Below are positions 50,736 through 60,718 of a DNA stretch of 64,000 nt, one piece after another (positions within the stretch are counted from its first letter, which is position 1; every line of letters begins with the position of its first letter). Made by a program: the position numbers and the translations under genes. This stretch comes from a virus. The stretch is from the IMG/VR virus record IMGVR_UViG_3300001567_000138, positions 24,400 to 88,399 of that record. One strand, written 5' to 3'. A model generated the notes under the pieces. The model worked only from the letters and a program-made list of their open reading frames with translations. It ran no database searches and was not told the origin of the DNA.

Positions 50736-51919
50736 GAGATGCCTCCGTATCCAAGCCTTGTCAACACCTGGGAGATCGTGGTAACGTTCTCGCCGTCCAG
50801 GGTGACGCTGTAGGGTGCAGTAAAGGTTACGCTTTCGATGAACACGGCGCGGCTGTCCTCTCTCAGGTCAACGTAGCCGTCCAGTTTACCGGCCAGGAAG
50901 TCGGAGATGAACACCCACTTACCGGGAACCACGGCCCACGGGTGAACCACGATCCCGCTTGGTGTTCGGATAACGTTGTGTTCCCCATAAATGGAGTACA
51001 TGTAACTTGCCATCGTCGGGATGGCCCAATAATAGGGGCGCATATCGCCGTAAATACCGAACAGCCAGCGGGTATCGTTCCCGTCACCAAGCGTCATAAT
51101 TTCTTTGATAATGTCCATCGCCGTTCTGTTGCTGTACTCAAGCCCATGTGTGAGGGCGAGGTTGTCGTCTATCATGCTGTAATCGCTTGAGAAGAGCGAG
51201 TTCGGGTCAGCGGTAAGGACGTTCTCGATTTTCGTTGTACACTGGATTGAGTAGTTGTAGGTTCCGTCGTTATAGACGTACTTATCCAGGAAGTGAAAAT
51301 ACCCCTTGCAATCAAGCGAGATACTCGTATCGCCCGACGAACCAACTGCGATACTGTGGGTAGTTTTCGGGTTCTTATTCTCGGAAAGGTACACGTCCCG
51401 AATATATTCGGCGTCGTTTGTCGTGCCGTCATCGACCATGTTCCCACCCGACATCACCGTTTCCAAGATGCCATACAACGCCTGGCTATCTTCATCTTCA
51501 GCGATGGTCGTTTCCGTTGTGGTTCCGAGAACCTGCGGGTTCGATGCAGGGTCTAGAATGGGGGTATACATTACGGAAACTCGGTTGCCGATGTCGAGCA
51601 TCGGGCCTCTACTCATCGACATCCCGGCCACATTGATATTGACCGTATCCACGAAGCCCTCCCACACCAGGGCGTTGTCTTGAGAGTAGACCTGGATATG
51701 ACGGCCAACGCCGTTGCTGATCCAGTCCTCAATGGCGTTTATGTTTCCCACAATACCGATGGTTGCGGTGTCAAAGCCACCAAAGGCTGATATCTTATGC
51801 GTGTAGGATGACACCATATCGGTTGTGATATTACCGAGTGGATGCTTTCCGCGTGCAATTGCATCGTAGAACACGATGCTGACGCCCAATGGCATGTAAT
51901 GAGAAGGGGTTATACTCAT
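50732..51919 (-). CDS. Minor tail (hub/Tal-like) protein
   Basis: Second gene after the tape measure; VWEGFV motif. Confidence 0.7.
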   Translation of the reverse strand: MSITPSHYMPLGVSIVFYDAIARGKHPLGNITTDMVSSYTHKISAFGGFDTATIGIVGNINAIEDWISNGVGRHIQVYSQDNALVWEGFVDTVNINVAGMSMSRGPMLDIGNRVSVMYTPILDPASNPQVLGTTTETTIAEDEDSQALYGILETVMSGGNMVDDGTTNDAEYIRDVYLSENKNPKTTHSIAVGSSGDTSISLDCKGYFHFLDKYVYNDGTYNYSIQCTTKIENVLTADPNSLFSSDYSMIDDNLALTHGLEYSNRTAMDIIKEIMTLGDGNDTRWLFGIYGDMRPYYWAIPTMASYMYSIYGEHNVIRTPSGIVVHPWAVVPGKWVFISDFLAGKLDGYVDLREDSRAVFIESVTFTAPYSVTLDGENVTTISQVLTRLGYGGIS

Positions 51920-54501
51920 CCTGACCCTCTCATGCTGTAATAGCGATACTGCGCTGTCACGTTGACGGAAAGCGTAGTTCCCGTCAAACTCATAGCGTAG
52001 TTCTGCCCGGCCTTGCATTGGTCAGACAAGAACCAGATACGCTGTTTTGTGTTCGCCTGCAAGATCGGCGGGCCATTCTGAATAATTGACCACCGAGAGA
52101 ATACCTGGAAGTTTGCGTTCCCGTCACGCAGAAGGCAGCGGGTGGACATCTTCGGGTGTACGATACCGCCGTCGATGTCAAGAACGTATCCCTCGCTCAA
52201 GCCATCGCCTTGTCCGTCGATGGACGTGTAGACACCGAACCATTCGTCAGACGGCATCAAGATAAGCTCGTAAACAACGAGGTCGCCCGCCGCAGTTGCC
52301 GTGGCCTGGAGATCGAAAACAATGTCGCCAACGGCGTCGGCATCCGACGTGCCGCTAAGGAGCGTGATCGTTCCGAGAGAACCCACGCGCTTTGACTTGA
52401 AGTAGGTTCCGTCGATGTTCAGAGCAACCGGATTTGTCAGGCTTTGGATACCGCCCGAAGAATCGCCCGACGTGTAGGCCAAGCGCACGGTGTACTTGCG
52501 GTTTGTGCTATCCCCTTGTGCGTAACGCATGTAGACGTTATATGTTCCCCTGTATTGGGCCGCATAACTGGCGTCAATCGTCCATCGTACTGTGTTTGTG
52601 AACGTCGTCACCGCTCCCGCCGACGTGTAGACGTAGAACTTCTTCGTGGGGGCTGCGCCAAACGATGCCGAGTCGTATGTGTCGTCCTGGAATGCACCCG
52701 CTGTGGCCGAGCAGACGACGCCCGGCTGGTGCTGTTCATCGGAGCCGTTCATCCAGGGAGAAAATTCCTCGCCCCTGGAGAGGCTGCGCAGGCCAGCATG
52801 GATACGGGAACACCACATCATCGAGGCATCGACCGCGGTGTCGTCCGCGCCGCGACTCTTGATTTGTATTCTCGCGATGGCGGGAATGTCCCCGCTCACC
52901 TGGTCGCTCTCTACATCTATATAGGAGTTTGTGACGGTGTACACGTCCCTCGTTACCTGTTCTGGATAGACGGGGGTTGCGCCAACGTCAACGGTGGCCC
53001 GAACCCAAAATGCGACCACCCCATTCTCGTTGCTCGCTCCCCACGTGTTTTCCTGTTTCCAGTTGACAAGGCTAACGCCCGTTTTTTGGAATGGCTGCGT
53101 AACGCTTGTTTCATCGCGCGGGTCAAACGTCGTCCATCCGAGGGCGGAGTCGTAATACTCCCACGTGATCGTCAGGTCACTCTGCCCCGTTCCCAGGTTG
53201 AATACGAGGGAGTTGAACGGGCCAATCGTAGACCCAAAGAGGGTGTACCCCGTATTCCCGGCGGCAACCACGTCGAAGAAACTGTACGGGTACGTTGGGG
53301 GGTCTGTCAAGAGATTGGCGCTATATGATGTCGAGAACGCATCATAGTTGAAGATGTGTGTAATGGGGGCCTGGTTTTCCTTGTTGGCGATAAAGACTTC
53401 GCTCTCGCAGGTTTCCTCCTGTCCGTAGGGGGGAAAGGCAACGGAATACCCGATATGAAGTTCGGGGTAGTCAACGAGAGAATCAATGGACGCCAGGGAT
53501 ACTGTACCGAGCGGGGTCTTTGTTGGAAAGCGCGGAATGAAGTGGAAGGCCATACTCTGATTGGACGCCCACCCCGCTCTGTCCACAATACCCTGCACAA
53601 GCGCAGTAAGGTCAGTTGTGTCCTGCGAATATCCAATCCCGGTCGGCGTGAAAGTTCCGATGTCGGTAGACAGGGTTCTCCCCACGAAGTCCGCATACGT
53701 GGAATACGTAGCCGGGTCGTCCGCCTCTTCCACGCTCACATCAGCAACAATGTATTCTGCGGCCGATGTCGGTTTTACACGAATAAACGCATAATCTATT
53801 TGTGCATACTGAGGCACGGTAACGCCCGTAAATCGGACAGCGCAATCAATTTGTCTTGTTGACCCACCGTAACTGATTGCGATAAGTCCAGTCTCGATTA
53901 CAGACAGGCTTCGATTGACGGACGCATCGTCGGAGCTTGCACTTGGATAACTAATTTCCGTTGCCGTTCCATTGGTTGCAGACTTGATCGCGGAAGTCTC
54001 AACACAGCGCCCAGCCCCCGGTGCGTCCGACAACCAGTCACCGCGCTCCAGGATCAAGGACAGGTTTATCATCGCCGGTTTCTTCCCTGAGAACGGAGAA
54101 GAATACGGGTTATCGTCGGTCTGTAGTCGCCAGTCCTTGATGATGGCGTAGCGGGCTTCTGTTTCACAAGAGCCGCGCGCCACGATGTAGACTGGCTCGT
54201 TCTGCCAGTCCGTCGTCCAGTATTCGTGTGCCTTTGTCAAGAGCGTTCTGATTGAGCGCATATGCCCAATAACCATATCCTGACTTGCGGAACGCAGGGC
54301 GATGTCGAAGGTTTCCATCGCGTTCTCGGTATTACGCATCACGAGCCGCCTACCGGAAGATAGTGGGCTGTCCACGAAAATGCCGCCGCTTTTGGGGTCA
54401 GAAATAACGGGTGTCCAGTCTTTTATGAGAAAACCGTCAGCCTTGTTGATAAGGTCAATGATGGTTGTACCATCGGTGATGTATAGTAATGGGTCAGACA
54501 T
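51916..54501 (-). CDS. Distal tail protein with inserted carbohydrate-binding-like domains
   Basis: Directly after the tape measure; VRFTGVTVPQ.A.I..A...RAGWAS insert. Confidence 0.7.
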   Translation of the reverse strand: MSDPLLYITDGTTIIDLINKADGFLIKDWTPVISDPKSGGIFVDSPLSSGRRLVMRNTENAMETFDIALRSASQDMVIGHMRSIRTLLTKAHEYWTTDWQNEPVYIVARGSCETEARYAIIKDWRLQTDDNPYSSPFSGKKPAMINLSLILERGDWLSDAPGAGRCVETSAIKSATNGTATEISYPSASSDDASVNRSLSVIETGLIAISYGGSTRQIDCAVRFTGVTVPQYAQIDYAFIRVKPTSAAEYIVADVSVEEADDPATYSTYADFVGRTLSTDIGTFTPTGIGYSQDTTDLTALVQGIVDRAGWASNQSMAFHFIPRFPTKTPLGTVSLASIDSLVDYPELHIGYSVAFPPYGQEETCESEVFIANKENQAPITHIFNYDAFSTSYSANLLTDPPTYPYSFFDVVAAGNTGYTLFGSTIGPFNSLVFNLGTGQSDLTITWEYYDSALGWTTFDPRDETSVTQPFQKTGVSLVNWKQENTWGASNENGVVAFWVRATVDVGATPVYPEQVTRDVYTVTNSYIDVESDQVSGDIPAIARIQIKSRGADDTAVDASMMWCSRIHAGLRSLSRGEEFSPWMNGSDEQHQPGVVCSATAGAFQDDTYDSASFGAAPTKKFYVYTSAGAVTTFTNTVRWTIDASYAAQYRGTYNVYMRYAQGDSTNRKYTVRLAYTSGDSSGGIQSLTNPVALNIDGTYFKSKRVGSLGTITLLSGTSDADAVGDIVFDLQATATAAGDLVVYELILMPSDEWFGVYTSIDGQGDGLSEGYVLDIDGGIVHPKMSTRCLLRDGNANFQVFSRWSIIQNGPPILQANTKQRIWFLSDQCKAGQNYAMSLTGTTLSVNVTAQYRYYSMRGSG

Positions 54502-57500
54502 TATAGGTTCTCCCGAATAACGCGGATAACGCTCGACTTGAAGGCGGCGGCGTCCATGTTGCTACCAATGATGGTGTCGCCAAACGAGATGGTGACGCCG
54601 GAACCGGCGACGGCAGGGGCAACCATTGGCCTTGCAATCATCCCCGGCTGAGGTGCGCTGCCAATAGGTGTCGGTGGCTTACTTATGCCAGGGAGAGTTC
54701 CGCCGCCGGTGGCGGGCGGCTGTCCTATTCCGCCTATTGCATCGTAAATGTCGCCCGCCATCGACAAAAGACCATTGATAATTGCAGCCGCCATATCTGC
54801 GCCCAATTGGAACATTCCTCTGATTAGTTTTGACGCCGTGCTTTCGTCGCCTTCGCCAAAAAGAGTTTCTATGAAGGTGTCCCAAAATGTGTTCCACTTC
54901 AATCCCAAATCTTCAAGCCCGCTCACAATGATGTCGCCAATCTGGTACATAAGTAAGTCCATCTTGTTTATGATGGCATCAACAATGAGTCCGAAATTGT
55001 CTTTGACAAAATTCAGCAATTTCAGTATTTCGGCAACGGAGATATTCATGTCCTCAACGCCCAGGATTCTCGCCCAATAATTGATCTGGTTGTTGAGTAG
55101 ATATTCAATAAACCCGCCAACAGTTCCTTTAGCATCTTCCCACGCCTTACTCCAGTCACCAGCAACCATATCGAGTAAGACGGTTCCGATACCGCCAATC
55201 GCTGCCAGTATGTTGTCCAGGTGGTACAAGATTTCTGGTGTTTTCTCGGCCCAAAAATCGCCTTCTTTTTCGATTGCGGTTCCGATATTTTCAACCGCCT
55301 GAGCAATCGTGGGGCCGTTCTCGTCGGCCCACAAAGCCATCTTTAGCAGTTGTTCTACGATGAACTGAACAGCAAGCCCGGCGACCGTGCCGAGGTTTTC
55401 CGCAAGTGCCATTCCGACATCGACAATACCGGCTACAATATCCTGGAACCAGTCGCTCGTAGCGATCTTTTCGATGGTCACGCCGAGTTGACTAAGTTTA
55501 TCGCCAATGTCGGCCCACTTCTTCCTCGCATCTTCCGACGGTGTTATCTTCGCTACAAACTCGTCCCACGCCGTTCCGATGGAGCCAAAACCCTTCTTGA
55601 AAGGCGATGAGATGATCTCCCACATGTCAGCGAGCTTATCTTTCATTTCTCGCTTGATCCTGTCAAGCCATCCAGAAAGGTTGCCGCTAACCTTATCCTG
55701 ATCGAAGTCAAATTCTGGCAAATCAATGCCGGACGTATCTTCTCCATCGCCCGCTCCGCCCCTCGCCGCGGCGCGCTTGCGGGCATCTTCGAGGTCGGCT
55801 TGCGCCCTCATCAACTCGATCAACTGCTGAATGAGTTTCTCTTGCAGCTTGACCGCTTCTTCGAGAGGCTTGATGGCCTTCTCCCACATATCGACGCTTT
55901 CTTTCGCCGCCTGCTGCTGGTCTACGGCGATGTCAAGTTGTTCCTCTTCGGCATTGACGATCTTCAACTGCGTATTGAGATCGGCCTTACTCGCCCCGTC
56001 CCGCAGCATCTTGTTATACTGGCGGATAGACGAGTTCACCTTGATCTGCGCAAGGCGGGTCGCTTCCACAGCAGCGTTGTAGGCTTCTTGTGCCGCCGCC
56101 AACTGTTCCGTGGCGTGGGCGAGGTCTACCTGCTTTCCGAGCAAGTCAGCAAGTTCCTGGCCCAAGCCACCGCCAATCGTGCGCAGCTTCTCGAATATCT
56201 CTTGCCCGATGTTGCCTGTCTTATTCAGTTGATCCATTGCCTCGATGAGGCTTTCCGAGATACCAATGAACATCTCTTTACCGGCAATTTCACCGAGCGA
56301 CCCCAGGTCTACGAGGGCGTCGAGGGCGTTCTTCATCAAGCCCTGAATGCTGTCGAGCATAGAGAAGTCGGCCAGGGTAAAACCGCGCAGGTATTCCGCC
56401 ATCGCCGCTGCACCCCATTCGGGAAGATCGGGGAGGATATCGGGGGGCGAGTGTGCTTCAAGGAAACCAGATATCATGTTACCAATAAAGTTCATTACCG
56501 CCGAGATGACGGTAACGGCAGTGTCAATAATACCCTGAGCGAAGTTGACTATAATGTTCGCTCCCCACTCAAATGCTTCGCCCGCAATATCTTTGAACTC
56601 GCCGCCCATCTTTGTCTTTACACCATCAATAAACGGGATGAGTGTATTGTTGACAAAGCCCGATATCGCGTTGCCGATATGCTCGACAATAAGACCCAGG
56701 GCGACAAACGCCTTGATGATATCGCGCACGGTCGGGAGAGAGATACCGAGTGCCTTGAACAACTGCTTGATAGCATCGTTAACTTTGTCGATGGCGTCAA
56801 ACATCTTTTCAAAAACAAATACGAGGCCGAGTCCAATACGCCGAAATTCTTCCAGCGCCTCGTTAGACGTTAGTTCTTTCAGTAGTTTCGATAAACGGTC
56901 TGACACGAGATTGATTGCAGGGGAGAGCATCTTCCAGCCAATCGCTGTCTTGAAGAAGTCCTGGAAGTTGTCTCTAACCGCCTTTAGTGTGGCGTTCAGG
57001 TTTCTGGCTGCGCCCGGAAAGTCTCTTTCCGCATAGGTCAAGAAGGCGTCGAAGAACTGCTCGACCCCAATTTGCCCATCTGCTGCGGCCTGGCGGAACT
57101 CGATCAGCCCGTTAGCAGCAATACCGAGTTTCTCGGCAGCGATGTCGAGGATTTCAGTCAGCGGGAAGTAAGCGCCACGGGCAAGGTCGCGCATTTCGGT
57201 TGCCGTAACCTTCCCTGCCGCCTTCATCTGTGCAAAGTTGAAGATGATGCGATCCATCGTTTCGCTTGTCAGGCCCATCGCCGCGGAGTAGTCCAAGATG
57301 GCGGTAGTCAAGTCTTTGGCCCCTTGTACCGTCCACCCCATCGCCGTAGCAAATGCGAACGTGTCCGCGATCTTGTCGGAACTGAATGGGGTTGCCATAG
57401 CCAGTTCCGCAATCCACTCCAACGCCTCTCTAGCAGCACTACCGGCGTAAGTAATGGATTGTGCCATATCATCCGTAACGCCCGCCGCGCGTATCTGGCG

Positions 57501-58100
57501 GGCGATCATGTTCTCTATACGGATTGTTACATCTTGCAGGTTCCCCGCTGCTGTTACCGCTGTCACGATCCACGCTTTCATGTCGCTCGTCACTTTGCGA
57601 ATACCGCCCGACACCATATCCCACAAAGCGTTACCGAAGAACGCCCCCTTGACAAGGTTGCCTAAACTGATCCCCGCCCCGCCAACGGCGGTCTTTGTCC
57701 CGATCAGGGCGGTTACAACGTGGGCGAGAGCGTTGACCATGTGCATCGACGCCTGCTTGGTGCGCTCTTGTTCCTGGCGGTAGACGACCCACGCGTTCCG
57801 GGTACGCTCGACCGCCTGCTTGGTGCGCTCGTAGGATTGGGCGGTACGCTGTACAGCCTGTGTGGTGCGCTCCATTGCTTGCTTGGTGCGTTCTTGTTCC
57901 TGCGCTACATTCGTTTTCGCCAACTTGACCATTGTTGCATTCATGTTGGCGACACCGGCATTAAATTTATCAATAGCCGCAAGACGATTTGCAGTCATGC
58001 GGCCGAAACTGGCAACCGATTCCGTCGCTCCCGCCATTTGGGAAACGAAAGAAGCGTAGCCTTTGGTGACAAATTCAACGCCGGTGGGTTGTAGCGTCAT
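54501..58100 (-). CDS. Tape measure protein
   Basis: 1199 aa helical; A..TPF...QMKAAGKV...E tape-measure motif. Confidence 0.92.
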   Translation of the reverse strand: MTLQPTGVEFVTKGYASFVSQMAGATESVASFGRMTANRLAAIDKFNAGVANMNATMVKLAKTNVAQEQERTKQAMERTTQAVQRTAQSYERTKQAVERTRNAWVVYRQEQERTKQASMHMVNALAHVVTALIGTKTAVGGAGISLGNLVKGAFFGNALWDMVSGGIRKVTSDMKAWIVTAVTAAGNLQDVTIRIENMIARQIRAAGVTDDMAQSITYAGSAAREALEWIAELAMATPFSSDKIADTFAFATAMGWTVQGAKDLTTAILDYSAAMGLTSETMDRIIFNFAQMKAAGKVTATEMRDLARGAYFPLTEILDIAAEKLGIAANGLIEFRQAAADGQIGVEQFFDAFLTYAERDFPGAARNLNATLKAVRDNFQDFFKTAIGWKMLSPAINLVSDRLSKLLKELTSNEALEEFRRIGLGLVFVFEKMFDAIDKVNDAIKQLFKALGISLPTVRDIIKAFVALGLIVEHIGNAISGFVNNTLIPFIDGVKTKMGGEFKDIAGEAFEWGANIIVNFAQGIIDTAVTVISAVMNFIGNMISGFLEAHSPPDILPDLPEWGAAAMAEYLRGFTLADFSMLDSIQGLMKNALDALVDLGSLGEIAGKEMFIGISESLIEAMDQLNKTGNIGQEIFEKLRTIGGGLGQELADLLGKQVDLAHATEQLAAAQEAYNAAVEATRLAQIKVNSSIRQYNKMLRDGASKADLNTQLKIVNAEEEQLDIAVDQQQAAKESVDMWEKAIKPLEEAVKLQEKLIQQLIELMRAQADLEDARKRAAARGGAGDGEDTSGIDLPEFDFDQDKVSGNLSGWLDRIKREMKDKLADMWEIISSPFKKGFGSIGTAWDEFVAKITPSEDARKKWADIGDKLSQLGVTIEKIATSDWFQDIVAGIVDVGMALAENLGTVAGLAVQFIVEQLLKMALWADENGPTIAQAVENIGTAIEKEGDFWAEKTPEILYHLDNILAAIGGIGTVLLDMVAGDWSKAWEDAKGTVGGFIEYLLNNQINYWARILGVEDMNISVAEILKLLNFVKDNFGLIVDAIINKMDLLMYQIGDIIVSGLEDLGLKWNTFWDTFIETLFGEGDESTASKLIRGMFQLGADMAAAIINGLLSMAGDIYDAIGGIGQPPATGGGTLPGISKPPTPIGSAPQPGMIARPMVAPAVAGSGVTISFGDTIIGSNMDAAAFKSSVIRVIRENL

Positions 58101-58103
58101 TGT

Positions 58104-58337
58104 TTACTTTTTTCTCCCTCTGGCCGCAGCCTCCGATGAGGCCGCTTCTTCGTGCATCTTGACCAGGCGATGAAGTTGATACCATGCAATCATGCGCGCT
58201 CGAAACCAGATAGGATACTTCCCCTGGCTCAGGTCGTACAGTTCTTGCACAGTGGCGTTTGCGGCGTTCGCCGCTTCCCACTCCAGGAACGTCATTGAGT
58301 AAGAGATGTGGGGGTCAACAGAACCCTTGACCCCCAC
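58104..58337 (-). CDS. Tail assembly chaperone C-terminal (gpT-like) ORF
   Basis: Between chaperone and tape measure; frame open upstream into the chaperone 3' end. Confidence 0.7.
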   Translation of the reverse strand: MGVKGSVDPHISYSMTFLEWEAANAANATVQELYDLSQGKYPIWFRARMIAWYQLHRLVKMHEEAASSEAAARGRKK

Positions 58338-58350
58338 ATCCTCGATTTTC

Positions 58351-58884
58351 TCACCCTTCCTCGTTACCGCGAAAGATGGCCTTCTGAGCGTCGATCTCCT
58401 GTGGGGTCACGGAGGACATCTCCTGGACTTTCATAATCAGCCAGATCGGGGCGACCACGAAGCGCTTGTAAACAAACTCGCGCTCCAGGGGGTCTTTCAG
58501 GTCGTACCCTTTCAGGTTGATCTGCTTGCGTTTCTCTAAGAAGCGCAGCTTCTCCATCCATTTGTCGTCCTCTGGAACACCGTCCAGTAGTTCGATGCCG
58601 AAGATTACGCAGGCGTCGATCATGGCGGTTGCCCGCTGCCGGTCGGCGTCTGCGAGAGCCTTTTGATAGGCCGGGTCGTTCGGGTTCGGTTCGTCCCGTT
58701 CCATGTCGGCGTTATGCCACATGGGGACTTCGGGGGTTTCGATGTTGCGCGTCACGTCGTCAATCAAGGCGGCGGGAACAGCGTGAACCTTGACCCTCAC
58801 GCCGTTATCCAGGGTGATGATGTCACCAGGATTGGGTGCGGCGCGCTTTTCTTTTGCGGTTGCGATTGCAGGATTGTCACTCAT
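58351..58884 (-). CDS. Tail assembly chaperone (gpG-like)
   Basis: Between tail tube and tape measure. Confidence 0.75.
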   Translation of the reverse strand: MSDNPAIATAKEKRAAPNPGDIITLDNGVRVKVHAVPAALIDDVTRNIETPEVPMWHNADMERDEPNPNDPAYQKALADADRQRATAMIDACVIFGIELLDGVPEDDKWMEKLRFLEKRKQINLKGYDLKDPLEREFVYKRFVVAPIWLIMKVQEMSSVTPQEIDAQKAIFRGNEEG

Positions 58885-58920
58885 TTTTTACACTCCCAGT
58901 TCGAGATTAGGTTTATGCGG

Positions 58921-60426
58921 CTAGACGGAGCCAGCCGCGCCGACGATAATGAAGCCGTCAGAGCCATCGTCTGCCAGGCCCACGCCGACCACGAAGTTCG
59001 GGTCAGCCGTGCAGTAGGCCAGGGCGTTGATCTTGTCGTTAGCGGGCATGGAGCCGGACTTCTCCGGTACTTGCTTCCAGGACTGCCCACCGTTGATGGT
59101 GCGATAGATGCGCCCCTTCGTGGTGGAGGTCTGGAGCGCCAGGTAACCAACGCTCTTGGTCGAGAAAACGATGTCGAGAACGGATGCGGAACCGGAGATC
59201 AGGTGTCCAGTCCAGGTGAGGCCTGCGTTCAGGGTGTAGTAGTAGTAGCCATTCGACGCACCCACGAACCAGGTGGTTTCATTGACAACCCACACGGTAT
59301 TGAAGTTCGTGCCAATACCAACGGGCGAGGTTGCATCCAGGCTGGCCCAGGTAGAACCATCGTGAGTAACGGCGATTGCGCCGTGGTTGCCCACAGCAAC
59401 AGCGAAGTTGCTGGACAGGCCGTGAACAGCCAACCAGCCGTCGTTGTTCGCTACGCCAGCATCGAGGACAGTCACGCCCGCAGTCGGGTCGCTCGTGCCG
59501 TAGATATAACCAGCATCGCCAACGATGAAGGCGTATGTGCCATCCGACCAGATGTCGGTAGGCTCGCCGCCGGTGACAAAGCCGGTCGTGATCTCTGTCC
59601 AGGCGGGGTCGGTCACGCCGTCCAGTTCCGACTTCAGGGCGTAGCTCAGGGAGTTGGCCGAATTTGACACCACAACCACGTACCCGCCCATGCACTCAAC
59701 AGCGTTGGGGTCTTGGGCATCGGTCAGGGTGTCGATATCGTGCGCAAACCAATTTGACCCGCCGTCAATCGTGTAAACGATGTCGGGGGGAGTGCCGGGG
59801 GAGCCGCCAGCGGCTTTGGTGATGGTTACGACCTTGTTGCAGCCGTCGCTCTCGCCTTCGCACTCGCCGCAGGAGATGTTGTCACACAGGACGGTATCCA
59901 CCACTTCGTTCGTGATGATCGTCCCGGCGCGGGATGCAACGGCGAGGGGCACGACTTCGTAGGCGACTTCGGCGGAGATGTCGGCGCTTTCGTTCACGAC
60001 CGCATTGTCACCGCTTGCCAGAGCGCCCAAGTCCTCCGTGGAGTAGTTGGTGGGGTAAGCACCTTCCAGGATCAGGGCTTTGTCGTAGTCATCGAACACA
60101 CTTGGGTTCTGGCAGGAACCAAAGTGCAGTTGGACGTCGAAAGAGCAGCCCTTGCGGGCCAGGGCCAGCAGGGTAGAGAGCAACTCTTGCGACAAGCGAC
60201 CTTCGATTGATGTAGTCGGGCGTTCCGAAGCGCCGCGGATGCTGGCGACCTCGATGAACTTCCCGTAGTTAGAGGGGTCAGGGCACTCGATACGTTCAAT
60301 GTCACCGAACCCTTGAGACAACGCCATCATCCGAAGGCAGCTTTGATAGACGGGGGTATGGTCAGGGCGTGCCCCACCGTCCGTCAAGAAAACACGACTA
60401 TTCGCAGTCTGTGCGATATTAGCCAT
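58921..60426 (-). CDS. Major tail protein with C-terminal BNR/beta-propeller
   Basis: Position; repeats T.DGG..W, THDGSTW, TLNAGLTW, TINGGQSW. Confidence 0.7.
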   Translation of the reverse strand: MANIAQTANSRVFLTDGGARPDHTPVYQSCLRMMALSQGFGDIERIECPDPSNYGKFIEVASIRGASERPTTSIEGRLSQELLSTLLALARKGCSFDVQLHFGSCQNPSVFDDYDKALILEGAYPTNYSTEDLGALASGDNAVVNESADISAEVAYEVVPLAVASRAGTIITNEVVDTVLCDNISCGECEGESDGCNKVVTITKAAGGSPGTPPDIVYTIDGGSNWFAHDIDTLTDAQDPNAVECMGGYVVVVSNSANSLSYALKSELDGVTDPAWTEITTGFVTGGEPTDIWSDGTYAFIVGDAGYIYGTSDPTAGVTVLDAGVANNDGWLAVHGLSSNFAVAVGNHGAIAVTHDGSTWASLDATSPVGIGTNFNTVWVVNETTWFVGASNGYYYYTLNAGLTWTGHLISGSASVLDIVFSTKSVGYLALQTSTTKGRIYRTINGGQSWKQVPEKSGSMPANDKINALAYCTADPNFVVGVGLADDGSDGFIIVGAAGSV

Positions 60427-60718
60427 TTTTAGCCTCCTTAGTTTCAATTTCAACTTGCTTGTAAAGGTTGATTAGCCTTCGTTTGAAGGCGGTCAGCGCG
60501 GCATCCAGTCCGGTCTTGTCGCGCTGTACATCATTCCAGGTCAGCAGCCCGTATTGATTTAATATATCGGCCACCTCGTTTTGAAGTGCAGGCCAGTCCA
60601 GTCGGTCTATCGGGGCTTCGACTGGTATGCCGCTTTTCGCCATGTGGTCGCCGTCTATATCCCTTATCATAGAGCGCCTTTTGCGCCCGTTTTCGTCCAC
60701 CCAAGTCACAACTTTCAT
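60419..60718 (-). CDS. Hypothetical structural-module protein
   Basis: 99-aa coupled ORF. Confidence 0.65.
   Translation of the reverse strand: MKVVTWVDENGRKRRSMIRDIDGDHMAKSGIPVEAPIDRLDWPALQNEVADILNQYGLLTWNDVQRDKTGLDAALTAFKRRLINLYKQVEIETKEAKNG

Noticed and set aside
55800-59667. 357-aa and 334-aa plus-strand ORFs
   Set aside because: Antisense shadows of the tape measure and tail genes
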